From contig CAXXFL010000006.1 of NCBI GenBank assembly GCA_963674965.2, forward strand, positions 32,001 through 96,000: a DNA stretch of 64,000 nucleotides, read 5' to 3'. Below the pieces are notes generated by a model. It was not told the DNA's origin, ran no database searches, and saw only the letters and a program-made list of their open reading frames with translations. Positions 40,204-49,493 of this stretch are shown in pieces. How positions within the stretch are numbered: the first letter of the stretch is position 1; the number at the start of each line of letters is the position of its first letter. Made by a program: the position numbers and the translations under genes. Origin of the DNA: a bacterium (GTDB lineage Bacteria; RBG-13-61-14; DATKZS01).

Positions 40204-40659
40204 TCACATTCTTGATACAAATCCTGAACAGTCAATGCCAGTTGACCACCAAACCGCTCCTCCTGGGCAAAACCTTCCACCAACTGATGCCAGCCAATCA
40301 TGAACGCAGTATGACCCCGCGCCACGTCCATTTGCTAAGTCATTAGTAACGGTTTGTGGTTCATCAAAACCGCCCCATTTATAAGGTACTCCCCTATATG
40401 TCCAAGAAGGGATAAAGTCACATCTTCTTCCAGTATTTCGTAAAGCAGGGTTCGTGTATGCGAAATGACCTAAAGGATTATTTGGCATATTTGGACCATT
40501 TACATCTATATAAGAGCCTTGGTCTGAGTTAGCTTGCCCGCATGTGAATCGATAATCAGAATATGTCAATGCGTCTGCAACGGTTTGCCCGTAAACATAT
40601 CGTGAAATTATTAGAAGTGAAATAATGAATGCCAAAGTTATAATTCTGTTCTTGGTTAT
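40204..40659 (-). pseudogene. Truncated secreted NlpC/P60-family protein
   Basis: YRGVPYKWGGFD and GIDCSGFVSR, then stop at the element end; ATA where the start codon is expected, 8 nt after AAGGAGGA. Confidence 0.7.
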
Positions 40660-40663
40660 CTCT

Positions 40664-41800
40664 CTAGTCCTCCTTTTTTCTCTTCCATTCGATTAATTGG
40701 GCTTTCTTGGCATCGCCTGTTATTTCATATACATTTCCAGTGTCTTGCACAATATATAGATATTTATCAATGCCATTAGGAAATTCAATAAGCGACGCAA
40801 GATTGATGCTATGTGGTATTTTTGAGATCATTTTATTATCCGCGTTAAAAATACCAATGTAATAGTAGTTGAATCTCCATCTTCCAGGCAGCGAATTATA
40901 ATTAGAATAGGGGTTATAAAGCCAGTAGCTGTCCCCTCTTTCGTCAACAGAAAGAAAAGATAAATCAGGATAATGATTACAACTTTCCTGATTGACTATC
41001 GACTCCCCGATAAGCGCATTTATTGAATGGGTTTTATCGGAAGATCGTTTTTTATACAGTATTTCCAGTGGTGCATTATTATCGCCAATAATATTACATT
41101 GAATTGTTTTCCAAAGTTCAGCTAGCTTGGGGTCACTTTTAAGTAATTTAGTATCCTTAACCAAATTTGGGCTGTATGGGTCACATTCATAGATGCTACT
41201 ACCAGAAACGAATATTAACATTCCTTTGTCGGTTACATTACCTTTTATGGCGGTTTCGAGATTTTGTGGCAACATATAAGTCTTGATTAAATTTAATTGT
41301 CCATCATAAACTCTATCAAATAAATATACGTTACCTTCTGCATCAAATCCTATTGGACGACCTCCAGGGGCATATTTTAATAATTTCCCGTATGGGTCAT
41401 ACAGTTTAGCGCCCCAACCTTCTCCCGCCTGGTCTAAATCAAATATATAAATATCCCCGGATGAGTTCACCATCAGTCCATCTGGTCCCATAGGTGGAGG
41501 ACATTCTCCCTCAAACGTCGCTGAGTCTATAAGATCAGCATCAAAATCATCGTAGCAGCCGGAAATATGAAGGGAGTCAATTCCATTATTCCAATTAAAT
41601 TCTCTAATTAGCTTAAACTCATAATGAACTTTTTCGACGGTATCACGATTCGATTCAACCAGCACTGGTGCGGGTGGTTCAACCACGGTTGGTTTTAAGC
41701 TATTGTCCCCCGCCTTTTTTGTAAAGGCTACGGATATAATCACGGCGCTAAAAAGTACACACAAAAGAACCAATAGCGATATGTAATGCCCCTTTTTCAT
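40664..41800 (-). CDS. Hypothetical exported protein, low GC (NHL/propeller-like)
   Basis: Long AT-rich ORF, GGAGG RBS, N-terminal TM, GPDGLMVNSSGDIYIFD. Confidence 0.75.
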   Translation of the reverse strand: MKKGHYISLLVLLCVLFSAVIISVAFTKKAGDNSLKPTVVEPPAPVLVESNRDTVEKVHYEFKLIREFNWNNGIDSLHISGCYDDFDADLIDSATFEGECPPPMGPDGLMVNSSGDIYIFDLDQAGEGWGAKLYDPYGKLLKYAPGGRPIGFDAEGNVYLFDRVYDGQLNLIKTYMLPQNLETAIKGNVTDKGMLIFVSGSSIYECDPYSPNLVKDTKLLKSDPKLAELWKTIQCNIIGDNNAPLEILYKKRSSDKTHSINALIGESIVNQESCNHYPDLSFLSVDERGDSYWLYNPYSNYNSLPGRWRFNYYYIGIFNADNKMISKIPHSINLASLIEFPNGIDKYLYIVQDTGNVYEITGDAKKAQLIEWKRKKED

Positions 41801-41911
41801 AGCCAAAACCTCCATATGAAAATTTTGTCAGTATAAACCATGCAAAAAGGCGCTCCCATATTAATTTCATCATCCATGTCGATAAGCGCCAAATATTTTG
41901 TAATGTGGGAG

Positions 41912-42266
41912 ATCTAGGGACAGCATACTTAATTGTAGACATACATCTCCTCTGTGGCAAATTTTTGCCATGGTCAGGATGGAAGAACCGTTGTTCCTCA
42001 CGCGCCCCACCCGTTGCCCAGCGGGGCAACAGGAGACAGCAAACGTTATCGGTTAGACAAGGTACCCTATAAATTGGAGGACTTCTTGATTCTGCCCGTA
42101 ACTGGCTCCGAGGTATCGCGAATAAAAACGCGCGAGCGCGCCGAACGCCCCCTCGGGGAAAAAAACTTCGTCGCGGGACTCGAGACCGCCCTCGGCCGCC
42201 GCCTCGCCCCCCAAAAGCCGGGCCCAAAGCCTGAAAAGAAGTGAGTTCAGTATGCTGTCCCCATAT
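41912..42266 (+). mobile_element. Internally deleted RAYT element, copy 2 (both IRs)
   Basis: ATCTAGGGACAGCATACTTAATT ... GAGTTCAGTATGCTGTCCCCATAT; near-identical to copy 1. Confidence 0.82.
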
Positions 42267-42458
42267 CTTACAAAATGTATGATGCCCTTCCACATGCTCG
42301 AACAATCGAGGTTGTAAAGAGCCAAAAGTCAATGATCCGAACTAACCGTAATTTCGATGAACCATCAAAGGTTAAGCGGAGACGTTGCGTTTGCCAAACC
42401 AACTATAAATAGAGGCATGCTTCCGGGAAGCAGACCCGACTAGAATCATGGGCTTGGA

Positions 42459-43712
42459 TCAGTCTCCCGCGACTTCAGTTGATGATCGATTCATCGTGAA
42501 GATCATTGCCGACAGCAGGCAGAACACTGGATATGCCGGTGCCAGGTAACGCGGCAGCCCCAGGAACAAGAGGAAATGGAACAGGCTAAGCCAGACCGGT
42601 AAGGCGAACAGCGGCAAGAGGTCCCGTGCTCTCCGTCGATGAATCATCATGGCCACCAAGGCCAGGTAAGATACTGTCCGCGACGCAAGGTAGGCCAGGA
42701 AACCAGCCCCGACCACCACCATAGACAGCCCAGCCCCGTCTTTCAATAGTGGATTGAAGAAATACTTCTTTTCGTCTCCCCCCTCCATGAAGGGAGTCCA
42801 CAAAGTAACCAGTCGTTTAAACATTGCCTTGCCCTGGTGCATTGGGTGTTCCATGAGGTAATCGATAGTGACCCTGTAAAGTAAATGGTCAGCTGAGACC
42901 TCATCCATCCCTCGTCGGCGAGCCGCAAGATAAATGTCATGACCATCGATAGGAATATAACTGCCTTGGTGGAAGGTACGCCCTCCAATGGTCGCAAGGA
43001 ACACAAACCTGTTGTGTACCATGAAGTCTCTCACGATCCAGGGACCGATAAGAACAGTTGTTGCCGCTCCGAAAAAGACAAGTGTCTTTAAAGCTTTCCC
43101 GCGCCCGAGTTTCTTTAGGTACCAGAGCGCGATAAGAGGCGCCAGGATGATGAATAGGGGACGCGTAAGAACCAGCCCACCAAAGACCAGGCCACCAATC
43201 AATGCCCGGCGCTTATTGCCCAAGTCTATGCCGCATAAAATTAACAGCAGCCAGGCAAGGAACGCGGCGGAGAGTACTTCGCTCATCACCATTCCCACCC
43301 GGTAGGCAATCAGACCATAGAGTCCAGCGGCCACTAGCGAAGGACCGTCCCTACTGAAAAGCCGCATCCCTAAAAGGTAGACCATAAAAACAGTGATGGT
43401 GTCGAGAAGGGCCTGGACCACCAGCACGGCCCTGGGAACTGGTCCAGTAACAACATATATGGCTGCGATGAAGAACGGGTATCCCGGAGAACGGCTGGAG
43501 CGGAAGCGAAGCCCCTTCCAGGCGGCCATGGGGCCTTTGTAATCGAAGTAATAGGCATGGTCGCGCACCAGTCCGGCCGCATACTGGTGGTACTCGTCCG
43601 AGTCTGCATACAGCACCGGCTCGGCTCCCAAGGCTATTAACAGCCTCAGTGCAAAGGAGAATGCGAGGATCCCTGCAAGAAAAAGGCGACTATGTTCAGT
43701 TTTGGTAGGCAT
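42459..43712 (-). CDS. GT-C membrane glycosyltransferase (ArnT/PMT_2-like)
   Basis: YADSDEY, RSPGYPFF, SEVL, LTRP, PWIVRD, PRYLAP; many TM helices; start moved to MPTKTE. Confidence 0.85.
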   Translation of the reverse strand: MPTKTEHSRLFLAGILAFSFALRLLIALGAEPVLYADSDEYHQYAAGLVRDHAYYFDYKGPMAAWKGLRFRSSRSPGYPFFIAAIYVVTGPVPRAVLVVQALLDTITVFMVYLLGMRLFSRDGPSLVAAGLYGLIAYRVGMVMSEVLSAAFLAWLLLILCGIDLGNKRRALIGGLVFGGLVLTRPLFIILAPLIALWYLKKLGRGKALKTLVFFGAATTVLIGPWIVRDFMVHNRFVFLATIGGRTFHQGSYIPIDGHDIYLAARRRGMDEVSADHLLYRVTIDYLMEHPMHQGKAMFKRLVTLWTPFMEGGDEKKYFFNPLLKDGAGLSMVVVGAGFLAYLASRTVSYLALVAMMIHRRRARDLLPLFALPVWLSLFHFLLFLGLPRYLAPAYPVFCLLSAMIFTMNRSSTEVAGD

Positions 43713-43778
43713 CTGGATATATTTTAGAGCAATAGCCAGCCGATAGAAAGTACCCCGCCTTCGCTTATATCCTCGTTG

Positions 43779-43975
43779 GAAATCTGGGGACAACGGAAAT
43801 CTGGGGAAAATCTGGGGACAGCAGAAAATCTGGGGAAAATCTGAAATCTGGGGAAATCTGGGGAAATCTGGGGACAGCATACTTGGGAAATCTGGGGACA
43901 GCATACTTAATTGTTGACATACATCTTCCTCTGTGGCAAAATTTTTCTGGTTCTGGGGTCATCATACTTAATTCG
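43779..43975 (+). repeat. Stuttered array of RAYT element ends (AAATCTGGGGA[CAGCATACTT]) plus an isolated left end
   Basis: About nine partial copies of the IR, then the TTGACATACATCTTCCTCTG left-end sequence and a degenerate CTGGGGTCATCATACTTAATT. Confidence 0.85.
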
Positions 43976-44290
43976 TTGTTTTCCCAATTATCTCCTCCGA
44001 GTGCCCGAGAAAACATTTCGTTTCCCGCTTGTATAAAGCTATTTAAAATCCGGCCTTTAAAACTATCACTGCCGATATTGACATGAGATATGGGAAACGT
44101 CAATAATTTAGTATGATGTCCTCATATCCACAGATCCGAAATTTTACTTACAAGCTTCTTGCAGGAAGAGAAGACAAACAATATTATCAGCTTAAGATAA
44201 TGGGAGCACATTTTAGGGACACGCGCGCGCCACTCATGAATTTTTTCGACTTGAGATTGTCCACCTGGCGACGCCTCCTGGAGAATTTTC

Positions 44291-44319
44291 TTGACATGTC
44301 TCCTGGAATCGGCTATAAT
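44291..44319 (+). promoter_or_regulatory. Consensus sigma70 promoter of the RRM gene
   Basis: TTGACA-17bp-TATAAT. Confidence 0.8.
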
Positions 44320-44495
44320 GTAGATATAGCACAAAGGGTTTAAGTACCTAACTTTTTCGACAAACTCGCCTATTGATCGAACTGTCTGACCAACCGGTCT
44401 CAAACCTCTCGAACATTACACGGAAACGGAATCCTTGGCGAAATTCACGAACATGTTTTTCCGCTAAGAGTGTTCGCAAATATTAGGAGAACTAA

Positions 44496-44807
44496 ATGAA
44501 TATCTATGTTGGAAACCTGTCTTATGACGTGGACGAAAATCAGTTGCGCAAATCTTTCGAGCAATACGGAGACGTCGCGTCGGTCAACATCATCAAGGAC
44601 AAGTACAGCGGACAGTCCAAGGGCTTCGGCTTCGTCGAGATCAACGACGACGACAAGGCCCTCCAGGCCATCGAGGGCCTTAACGAGAAGGAACTCGGGG
44701 GCCGCAAGATGAACGTCAACCAGGCCAAGCCCCGCACGGACAACCGCGGCGGCGGCGGCGGCGGTCGCGGCGGATTTGGCGGCGGCGGCGGCGGCCGTCG
44801 CTACTAA
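44496..44807 (+). CDS. RRM RNA-binding protein with Gly/Arg-rich tail
   Basis: IYVGNL (RNP2), KGFGFVE (RNP1). Confidence 0.95.
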   Translation: MNIYVGNLSYDVDENQLRKSFEQYGDVASVNIIKDKYSGQSKGFGFVEINDDDKALQAIEGLNEKELGGRKMNVNQAKPRTDNRGGGGGGRGGFGGGGGGRRY

Positions 44808-44827
44808 AACCAAATCAGATCGGGACT

Positions 44828-44867
44828 GGCCCCGCCTGGACGCGAAGTCTCGGGCGGGGCCTTTTTT
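44828..44867 (+). terminator. Rho-independent terminator
   Basis: GGCCCCGCCT...GGGCGGGGCC followed by TTTTTT. Confidence 0.8.
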
Positions 44868-45052
44868 GCGGTTGAAGATTGGTATAAGACGTAGTGGCTG
44901 GATGGCGCAAGGTTTTTACACAAACCTTTTAAGCCGGCCAATAGTAAAACTTTCATCAACCATCGGGCGGACATACCAAAGCCCGGAGTCAGGACCGCCA
45001 AGCGGGACGCCCGCGGTTTTTACAAAACATCGCGCCGCCCAGGCGGGCACGT

Positions 45053-46168
45053 TCAGGTCGCTTCCCGGCGGGGCGTCAGCTCGGGCATGTATCTTTCGAT
45101 GATGGCCAACAGCTCGCGTCCTTTGGTCAGGTTTCCGAGGTATTCGGATATGACCGGGTGCATGAACTGGTTGAAGCGCAGATACTCGGGCCGTTTCTTG
45201 ACCTGGTCGATGAAGTGGAATCGTCCCACCACCTTGAGCATTCGGTGGATCACGCAAAGGTCGAAGGACCGCTTGAAGTCGTCGCGGTCGAGCCTCGCGC
45301 CCGCTCTTCGTTCATAGGCGTCGGCGTAGAACCATATCAGGCCCTCGATGGTCTCCTTGCCCAGCACGTACGAGGTGTCGCGGTCGTAGAGGAGACAGGC
45401 CAGGTCGTAGGGAAGCGGCCCGAGCAAGGCGTCCTGGAAGTCGATGACCCTTATTTTTCCGTCCTTGATGAGGAGGTTGTCCATGTGGTAGTCGCGATGC
45501 TGGAGCGCGTACTGTCCGGATATCATCTCCTCGATAAAGCCGTCGAAAATCTCGCCGATCCGTTTTCTTTCGACCTCGGCAAGAGCGCCCGGGGACCTTC
45601 CGTCCAGGGCGAACTCGACGAAATGATCCAGCTCCCACCTTAGAAGCTCCCTGTCGAAACTGGCCATGAACCCGATGAAGTCGTCCGATTGCCTGTCGGT
45701 GCAGTCGATCTGAATTTTGACCAGCTCCGAAATGGCCATCTCGAACCCCTCGCGTGGGGATCCGCCCTTGGCCACGAAGTCTCGAAGATGCTCGTCGCCC
45801 AGGTCCTCGAGGTAGACAAGCCCCATCCTCTCGTTCACGCCCAGGACGCGGGGAACGGCCAGGCCGCATTCATGGAAATGCCGGTGAGCGTTAATAAACG
45901 GCAGTTCCTGGACAAGGCCGCCGGCCATGACTTCCTCGATGCCCTTGGCCGGGTCGGGATCGGAAAGGACCATGACCACCATGGTCTCGGGGCCATCTCC
46001 AGCCGTCCTTACCCTGGCGTACCCTCTAACCGAGGCCCCGCCGGCAAGGGCCTCTATCTCGAGGTCTTCCAAATCCGAAAAGCCCATGTCCGCCAGGTCT
46101 TCCCTGATCGAGGCCGTGAGGACGGCCTCATCCAGTTTCATTTTTCCGCATAGTTCCGTAATGCTCAT
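45053..46168 (-). CDS. amgK: APH-family phosphotransferase, AmgK-like anomeric MurNAc/GlcNAc kinase
   Basis: LAGGASVRGYAR, LEDLGD, HRDYHMDNL, IDFQDALLGPLPYDLACLL, RMLKVVGRF. Confidence 0.78.
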   Translation of the reverse strand: MSITELCGKMKLDEAVLTASIREDLADMGFSDLEDLEIEALAGGASVRGYARVRTAGDGPETMVVMVLSDPDPAKGIEEVMAGGLVQELPFINAHRHFHECGLAVPRVLGVNERMGLVYLEDLGDEHLRDFVAKGGSPREGFEMAISELVKIQIDCTDRQSDDFIGFMASFDRELLRWELDHFVEFALDGRSPGALAEVERKRIGEIFDGFIEEMISGQYALQHRDYHMDNLLIKDGKIRVIDFQDALLGPLPYDLACLLYDRDTSYVLGKETIEGLIWFYADAYERRAGARLDRDDFKRSFDLCVIHRMLKVVGRFHFIDQVKKRPEYLRFNQFMHPVISEYLGNLTKGRELLAIIERYMPELTPRREAT

Positions 46169-46220
46169 GGCAAAAAGAATTCTTCCTTATCTTGTTGATA
46201 CGCGCCCGCGGCTCGGTCGA

Positions 46221-46817
46221 TCATCGGGCCAGTTTTTCGATAATCGCCGTCACCTCGTCCGGGAAAGCCACCACGTAGTCGGCGCCTCCGCTTTTTACTC
46301 CCTCCCTCCCGTTGGTGACGAAGCAGGTATGAACGCCCGCGGCCTTGCCGCACTCGACGTCGTAGAGGAAGTCCCCCACCATCAGGGCCTCTGCCGGCGA
46401 GATTTTCCATTCCTCGAGCAGGGATAGAAGAGGAGCGGGATCGGGCTTGATGGGCATGCCCGAGTCCCGGGTTATGACCCGCTCGAACTCGATCCCGAGG
46501 AGCTCGATCACCCGGAAGGTGGACTCGTCCGAGTTGCGGGTGATGACCGCGTTATGAAGTCCGAGTTCGCGGACCTTATCAAGCATGTCCTTGACGCCCC
46601 GGTTGAGCTCGGCGTTTATCGAGGCTTCCTTCTCGTGCCTCTCGAGAACGGCCAGGGCCTTTCGCCGCTCGGCCTCGGGCATGGCCTCGATCTGGTCCAG
46701 AAGCGACTGGCGCCCAAAAGACGCCCCTACCTCCGTCCTGATCCGGGCGAAGTTTAAAAATGGCCTGGTGATAGTGCCGTCAAGATCGAATGCCACCGCT
46801 TTCAACATATCTACCAT
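46221..46817 (-). CDS. HAD-family hydrolase
   Basis: FDLDGT, ITRNS, KPDP, MVGDFLYD. Confidence 0.92.
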   Translation of the reverse strand: MVDMLKAVAFDLDGTITRPFLNFARIRTEVGASFGRQSLLDQIEAMPEAERRKALAVLERHEKEASINAELNRGVKDMLDKVRELGLHNAVITRNSDESTFRVIELLGIEFERVITRDSGMPIKPDPAPLLSLLEEWKISPAEALMVGDFLYDVECGKAAGVHTCFVTNGREGVKSGGADYVVAFPDEVTAIIEKLAR

Positions 46818-46929
46818 GTTAAATCCATCCTTTGAGTTCGGCAACTTTTTCGATTTTGCGGACTTCCCCCATTTTTCAAAACTCGGGATGTACGGCTCGC
46901 GGCGGTCTTCAAACGAAACGAAGGCCAAG

Positions 46930-47145
46930 CCCGAAGGACTTTAACATGAGTAGCCGTAGGCGCAAGCCTACGGGAGGCGTGAAATACGAAAATTTCTTAC
47001 CCGCCCCTGGAGGGGGCGAACCTTGCCGGACGTCGGCAATCCAGGTCGCCGCGGGTCCGGCCCGTTCAGGGCCGAAGAATTTTTTTCCAAATCCTTACCT
47101 TAGGCCAAGGCCTACGGCTACTCGAATTTCCCCCCTTCGGGGGGA
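46930..47145. repeat. REP-like inverted doublet, family B
   Basis: GAGTAGCCGTAGGC..GCCTACGG and CGCCCCTGGAGGGGGCG mirrored by CGGCCCGTTCAGGGCCG and GCCTACGGCTACTC..CCCCCTTCGGGGG. Confidence 0.72.
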
Positions 47146-47460
47146 GGCGGCCGCGTCCATTTTAGCGGCGTCTCAGATAGTCCGCGCGAGGAGGCGACGA
47201 TCGATTTTCACTTCGAGCGGATGACAACTCGCCGGATGAAAAAAGGAACCAAGAGCGAAACGGTCAAAATTGGGGGAAGTTCCGTTTTCGATTTCGTATT
47301 CCGAAGTTTTTTGCTCGGGTTTCGATCTCGCCCCCCGGGGCGGGGCGGCGGGTAAGGCCCGTGAGGCAAACCCCTCCCTCCCGGCTGGTTGGCGGCGTTC
47401 CGGCTATTGTGTTAACATTTCGTTAAGCCGAACCGGGGCCTCGGGAAAGGGAACCGACCT

Positions 47461-48117
47461 GTGACTAAAAACGATAAAAAGAAAAATGACGTCGCTTCTC
47501 CCTTTCGTCTTTGCCTGGTTACGGACTCGAAAAGGACGGGCGAAGACCGCCTGGTAAGGGTGGTGACCCAGGCCGTCAAGGGCGGGGTGGACGCGGTCCA
47601 GGTCCGGGAAAAGCATCTGGGCGGAGCGCGTCTTCTCGAGATGTGCCTCTCTCTCGGGGAAGCGGTGGGAGACAAGGCCAGGATACTGGTCAACGACAGG
47701 GCCGACGTGGCCGCCTGCCTGGCCGGCGCGGGAGTGCATCTGCCGGGAAGCGGCCTTTCTCCAGCCGACGCCGAGATGGTTTTGGGCAAGGACCGACTGA
47801 AGGGCTTAAGCGCCCATTCGGTGGAAGAGGCGCTGGCCGCGGAGAAAGCGGGCGCCGATTACGTGATATTGGGCCCCATCCACGATACCGAGTCCAAACG
47901 CGCTTACGGGCCGCCGCTGGGACTGGGACCGCTGGAGAAAACCGCCGAAGCGGCGCGGGTTCCCGTCATCGCGATCGGCGGAATGGTCCCGGGCCGGGTC
48001 GCGGACGCCATAAGGGCCGGGGCCTCGGGCGTGGCGGTGATGTCCTACATCCTGGGCCATGAGGACCCGGAAAAGGCCGCCGCTGAAATTTTTGAGGAAA
48101 CGCTTGTACCGTCTTGA
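47461..48117 (+). CDS. thiE: Thiamine-phosphate synthase
   Basis: VQVREK, LVNDRADVA, GVHL, SAHS, GPIHDTESK, AIGG. Confidence 0.88.
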   Translation: MTKNDKKKNDVASPFRLCLVTDSKRTGEDRLVRVVTQAVKGGVDAVQVREKHLGGARLLEMCLSLGEAVGDKARILVNDRADVAACLAGAGVHLPGSGLSPADAEMVLGKDRLKGLSAHSVEEALAAEKAGADYVILGPIHDTESKRAYGPPLGLGPLEKTAEAARVPVIAIGGMVPGRVADAIRAGASGVAVMSYILGHEDPEKAAAEIFEETLVPS

Positions 48118-48171
48118 CGGCGGGCCGCATAGACGGTTGGGATGGCGTTTACGATATAAAGGAGGTACGGA

Positions 48172-49470
48172 GTGAGCGGAGACCGCACTCTTCTCGATAT
48201 GGCGCGGGCGGGCGAGACCAGCCCGGAGATGGTTGAGGCCGCGAAGGCGGAAAAGGTTGACCCCGAGTTCATTCGGGCGGGGATGGTCGAGGGGACCATA
48301 GTCGTCACCAGGAACCGGGTACGCGAGCGCGTCCGGGCTCTGGCCATCGGCTCGGGTCTTCGCGTCAAGGTCAACGCCAACATCGGTACCAGCCGCGACC
48401 ACCACGACGTGGAGGAGGAGGTCCGCAAGGCCAGGGCCAGCGAGGAGGCGGGGGCCGACACTATCATGGACCTCTCAACCGGCGGGCCCCTGCGCGAGCT
48501 CCGGAAAAGCATCATCCAGGCCACCTTGCTTCCCATCGGCACCGTGCCCATCTACCAGGCCGTGGTCGACGTGGTCGAGAAGGGCAAGATGGTCATCGAC
48601 ATGACCGCCGAGGAACTCTTCGGGGCCGTCGAGGAACACGGCAAAGACGGGGTGGATTTCGTGACCGTCCATTGCGGCGTGACCCAGGAGAACATGAAGC
48701 GCATCGAGGAAGAGGGAAGGCTCCTGGGCGTGGTCTCGCGCGGCGGGTCGCTCACCTGCGGCTGGATGCGCCGGAACGACGCGGAGAACCCTCTATACGA
48801 ACAATACGACAGACTCCTTGACCTGGCGAGGAAATACGAGATGGTCCTCAGCCTGGGCGACGGATTCAGGCCCGGCTGCCTGGCAGACGCCACGGACAGG
48901 GGCCAGGTGGCCGAGCTTGTCACCCTGGGCGAGCTGTGCAAAAAAGCCCGGGACGCCGGCGTCCAGGTCATGATCGAGGGACCCGGCCACGTTCCCCTCA
49001 ACCAGATCGAGGCCAACATCAAGCTCGAGAAAAGCCTTTGCAACGGCGCGCCCTTTTACGTGTTGGGACCGCTGGTGACCGACGTGGCCCCGGGCTACGA
49101 CCACATCACCGCGGCCATTGGGGGGGCCATCGCCGCCTCGGCCGGCGCGGACTTCATCTGCTACGTCACTCCCAGCGAGCACCTTCGCCTGCCCACGGTC
49201 GAGGACGTGAAGGACGGGGTCATCGCCGCCAGGATAGCCGGCCACGCGGCCGACGTGGCCAAGGGCCTGCCCGGCGCCATCGAGTGGGACAACGCCATGT
49301 CCAAGGCGCGCCTTGACCTTGACTGGGAAAAGCAGATCGATTTGGCCATCGACCCGGCCCGCGCCCGCGAAATCCGCTCCCAGATACCGCCCACCGACGA
49401 TGAGGTCTGCTCGATGTGCGGCGAGCTTTGCGCCATCAAGGTCGGCAAGCTGACCCGTCGAAAAGACTGA
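48172..49470 (+). CDS. thiC: Phosphomethylpyrimidine synthase
   Basis: KVNANIGTS, MDLSTGG, GVVSRGGS, SLGDGFRPG, EGPGHVP, YVTPSEHL, CSMCGELC. Confidence 0.9.
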   Translation: MSGDRTLLDMARAGETSPEMVEAAKAEKVDPEFIRAGMVEGTIVVTRNRVRERVRALAIGSGLRVKVNANIGTSRDHHDVEEEVRKARASEEAGADTIMDLSTGGPLRELRKSIIQATLLPIGTVPIYQAVVDVVEKGKMVIDMTAEELFGAVEEHGKDGVDFVTVHCGVTQENMKRIEEEGRLLGVVSRGGSLTCGWMRRNDAENPLYEQYDRLLDLARKYEMVLSLGDGFRPGCLADATDRGQVAELVTLGELCKKARDAGVQVMIEGPGHVPLNQIEANIKLEKSLCNGAPFYVLGPLVTDVAPGYDHITAAIGGAIAASAGADFICYVTPSEHLRLPTVEDVKDGVIAARIAGHAADVAKGLPGAIEWDNAMSKARLDLDWEKQIDLAIDPARAREIRSQIPPTDDEVCSMCGELCAIKVGKLTRRKD

Positions 49471-49493
49471 AGCAAGCCGAGACCGAAGCCGCC

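Noticed and set aside
43713-43904. N-terminal extension of the glycosyltransferase (SPDFPRFPQI repeats)
   Set aside because: Translation of the DNA repeat; likely start is ATG at 43712
43779-43912. Possible CRISPR array
   Set aside because: No unique spacers, irregular unit length, no cas genes
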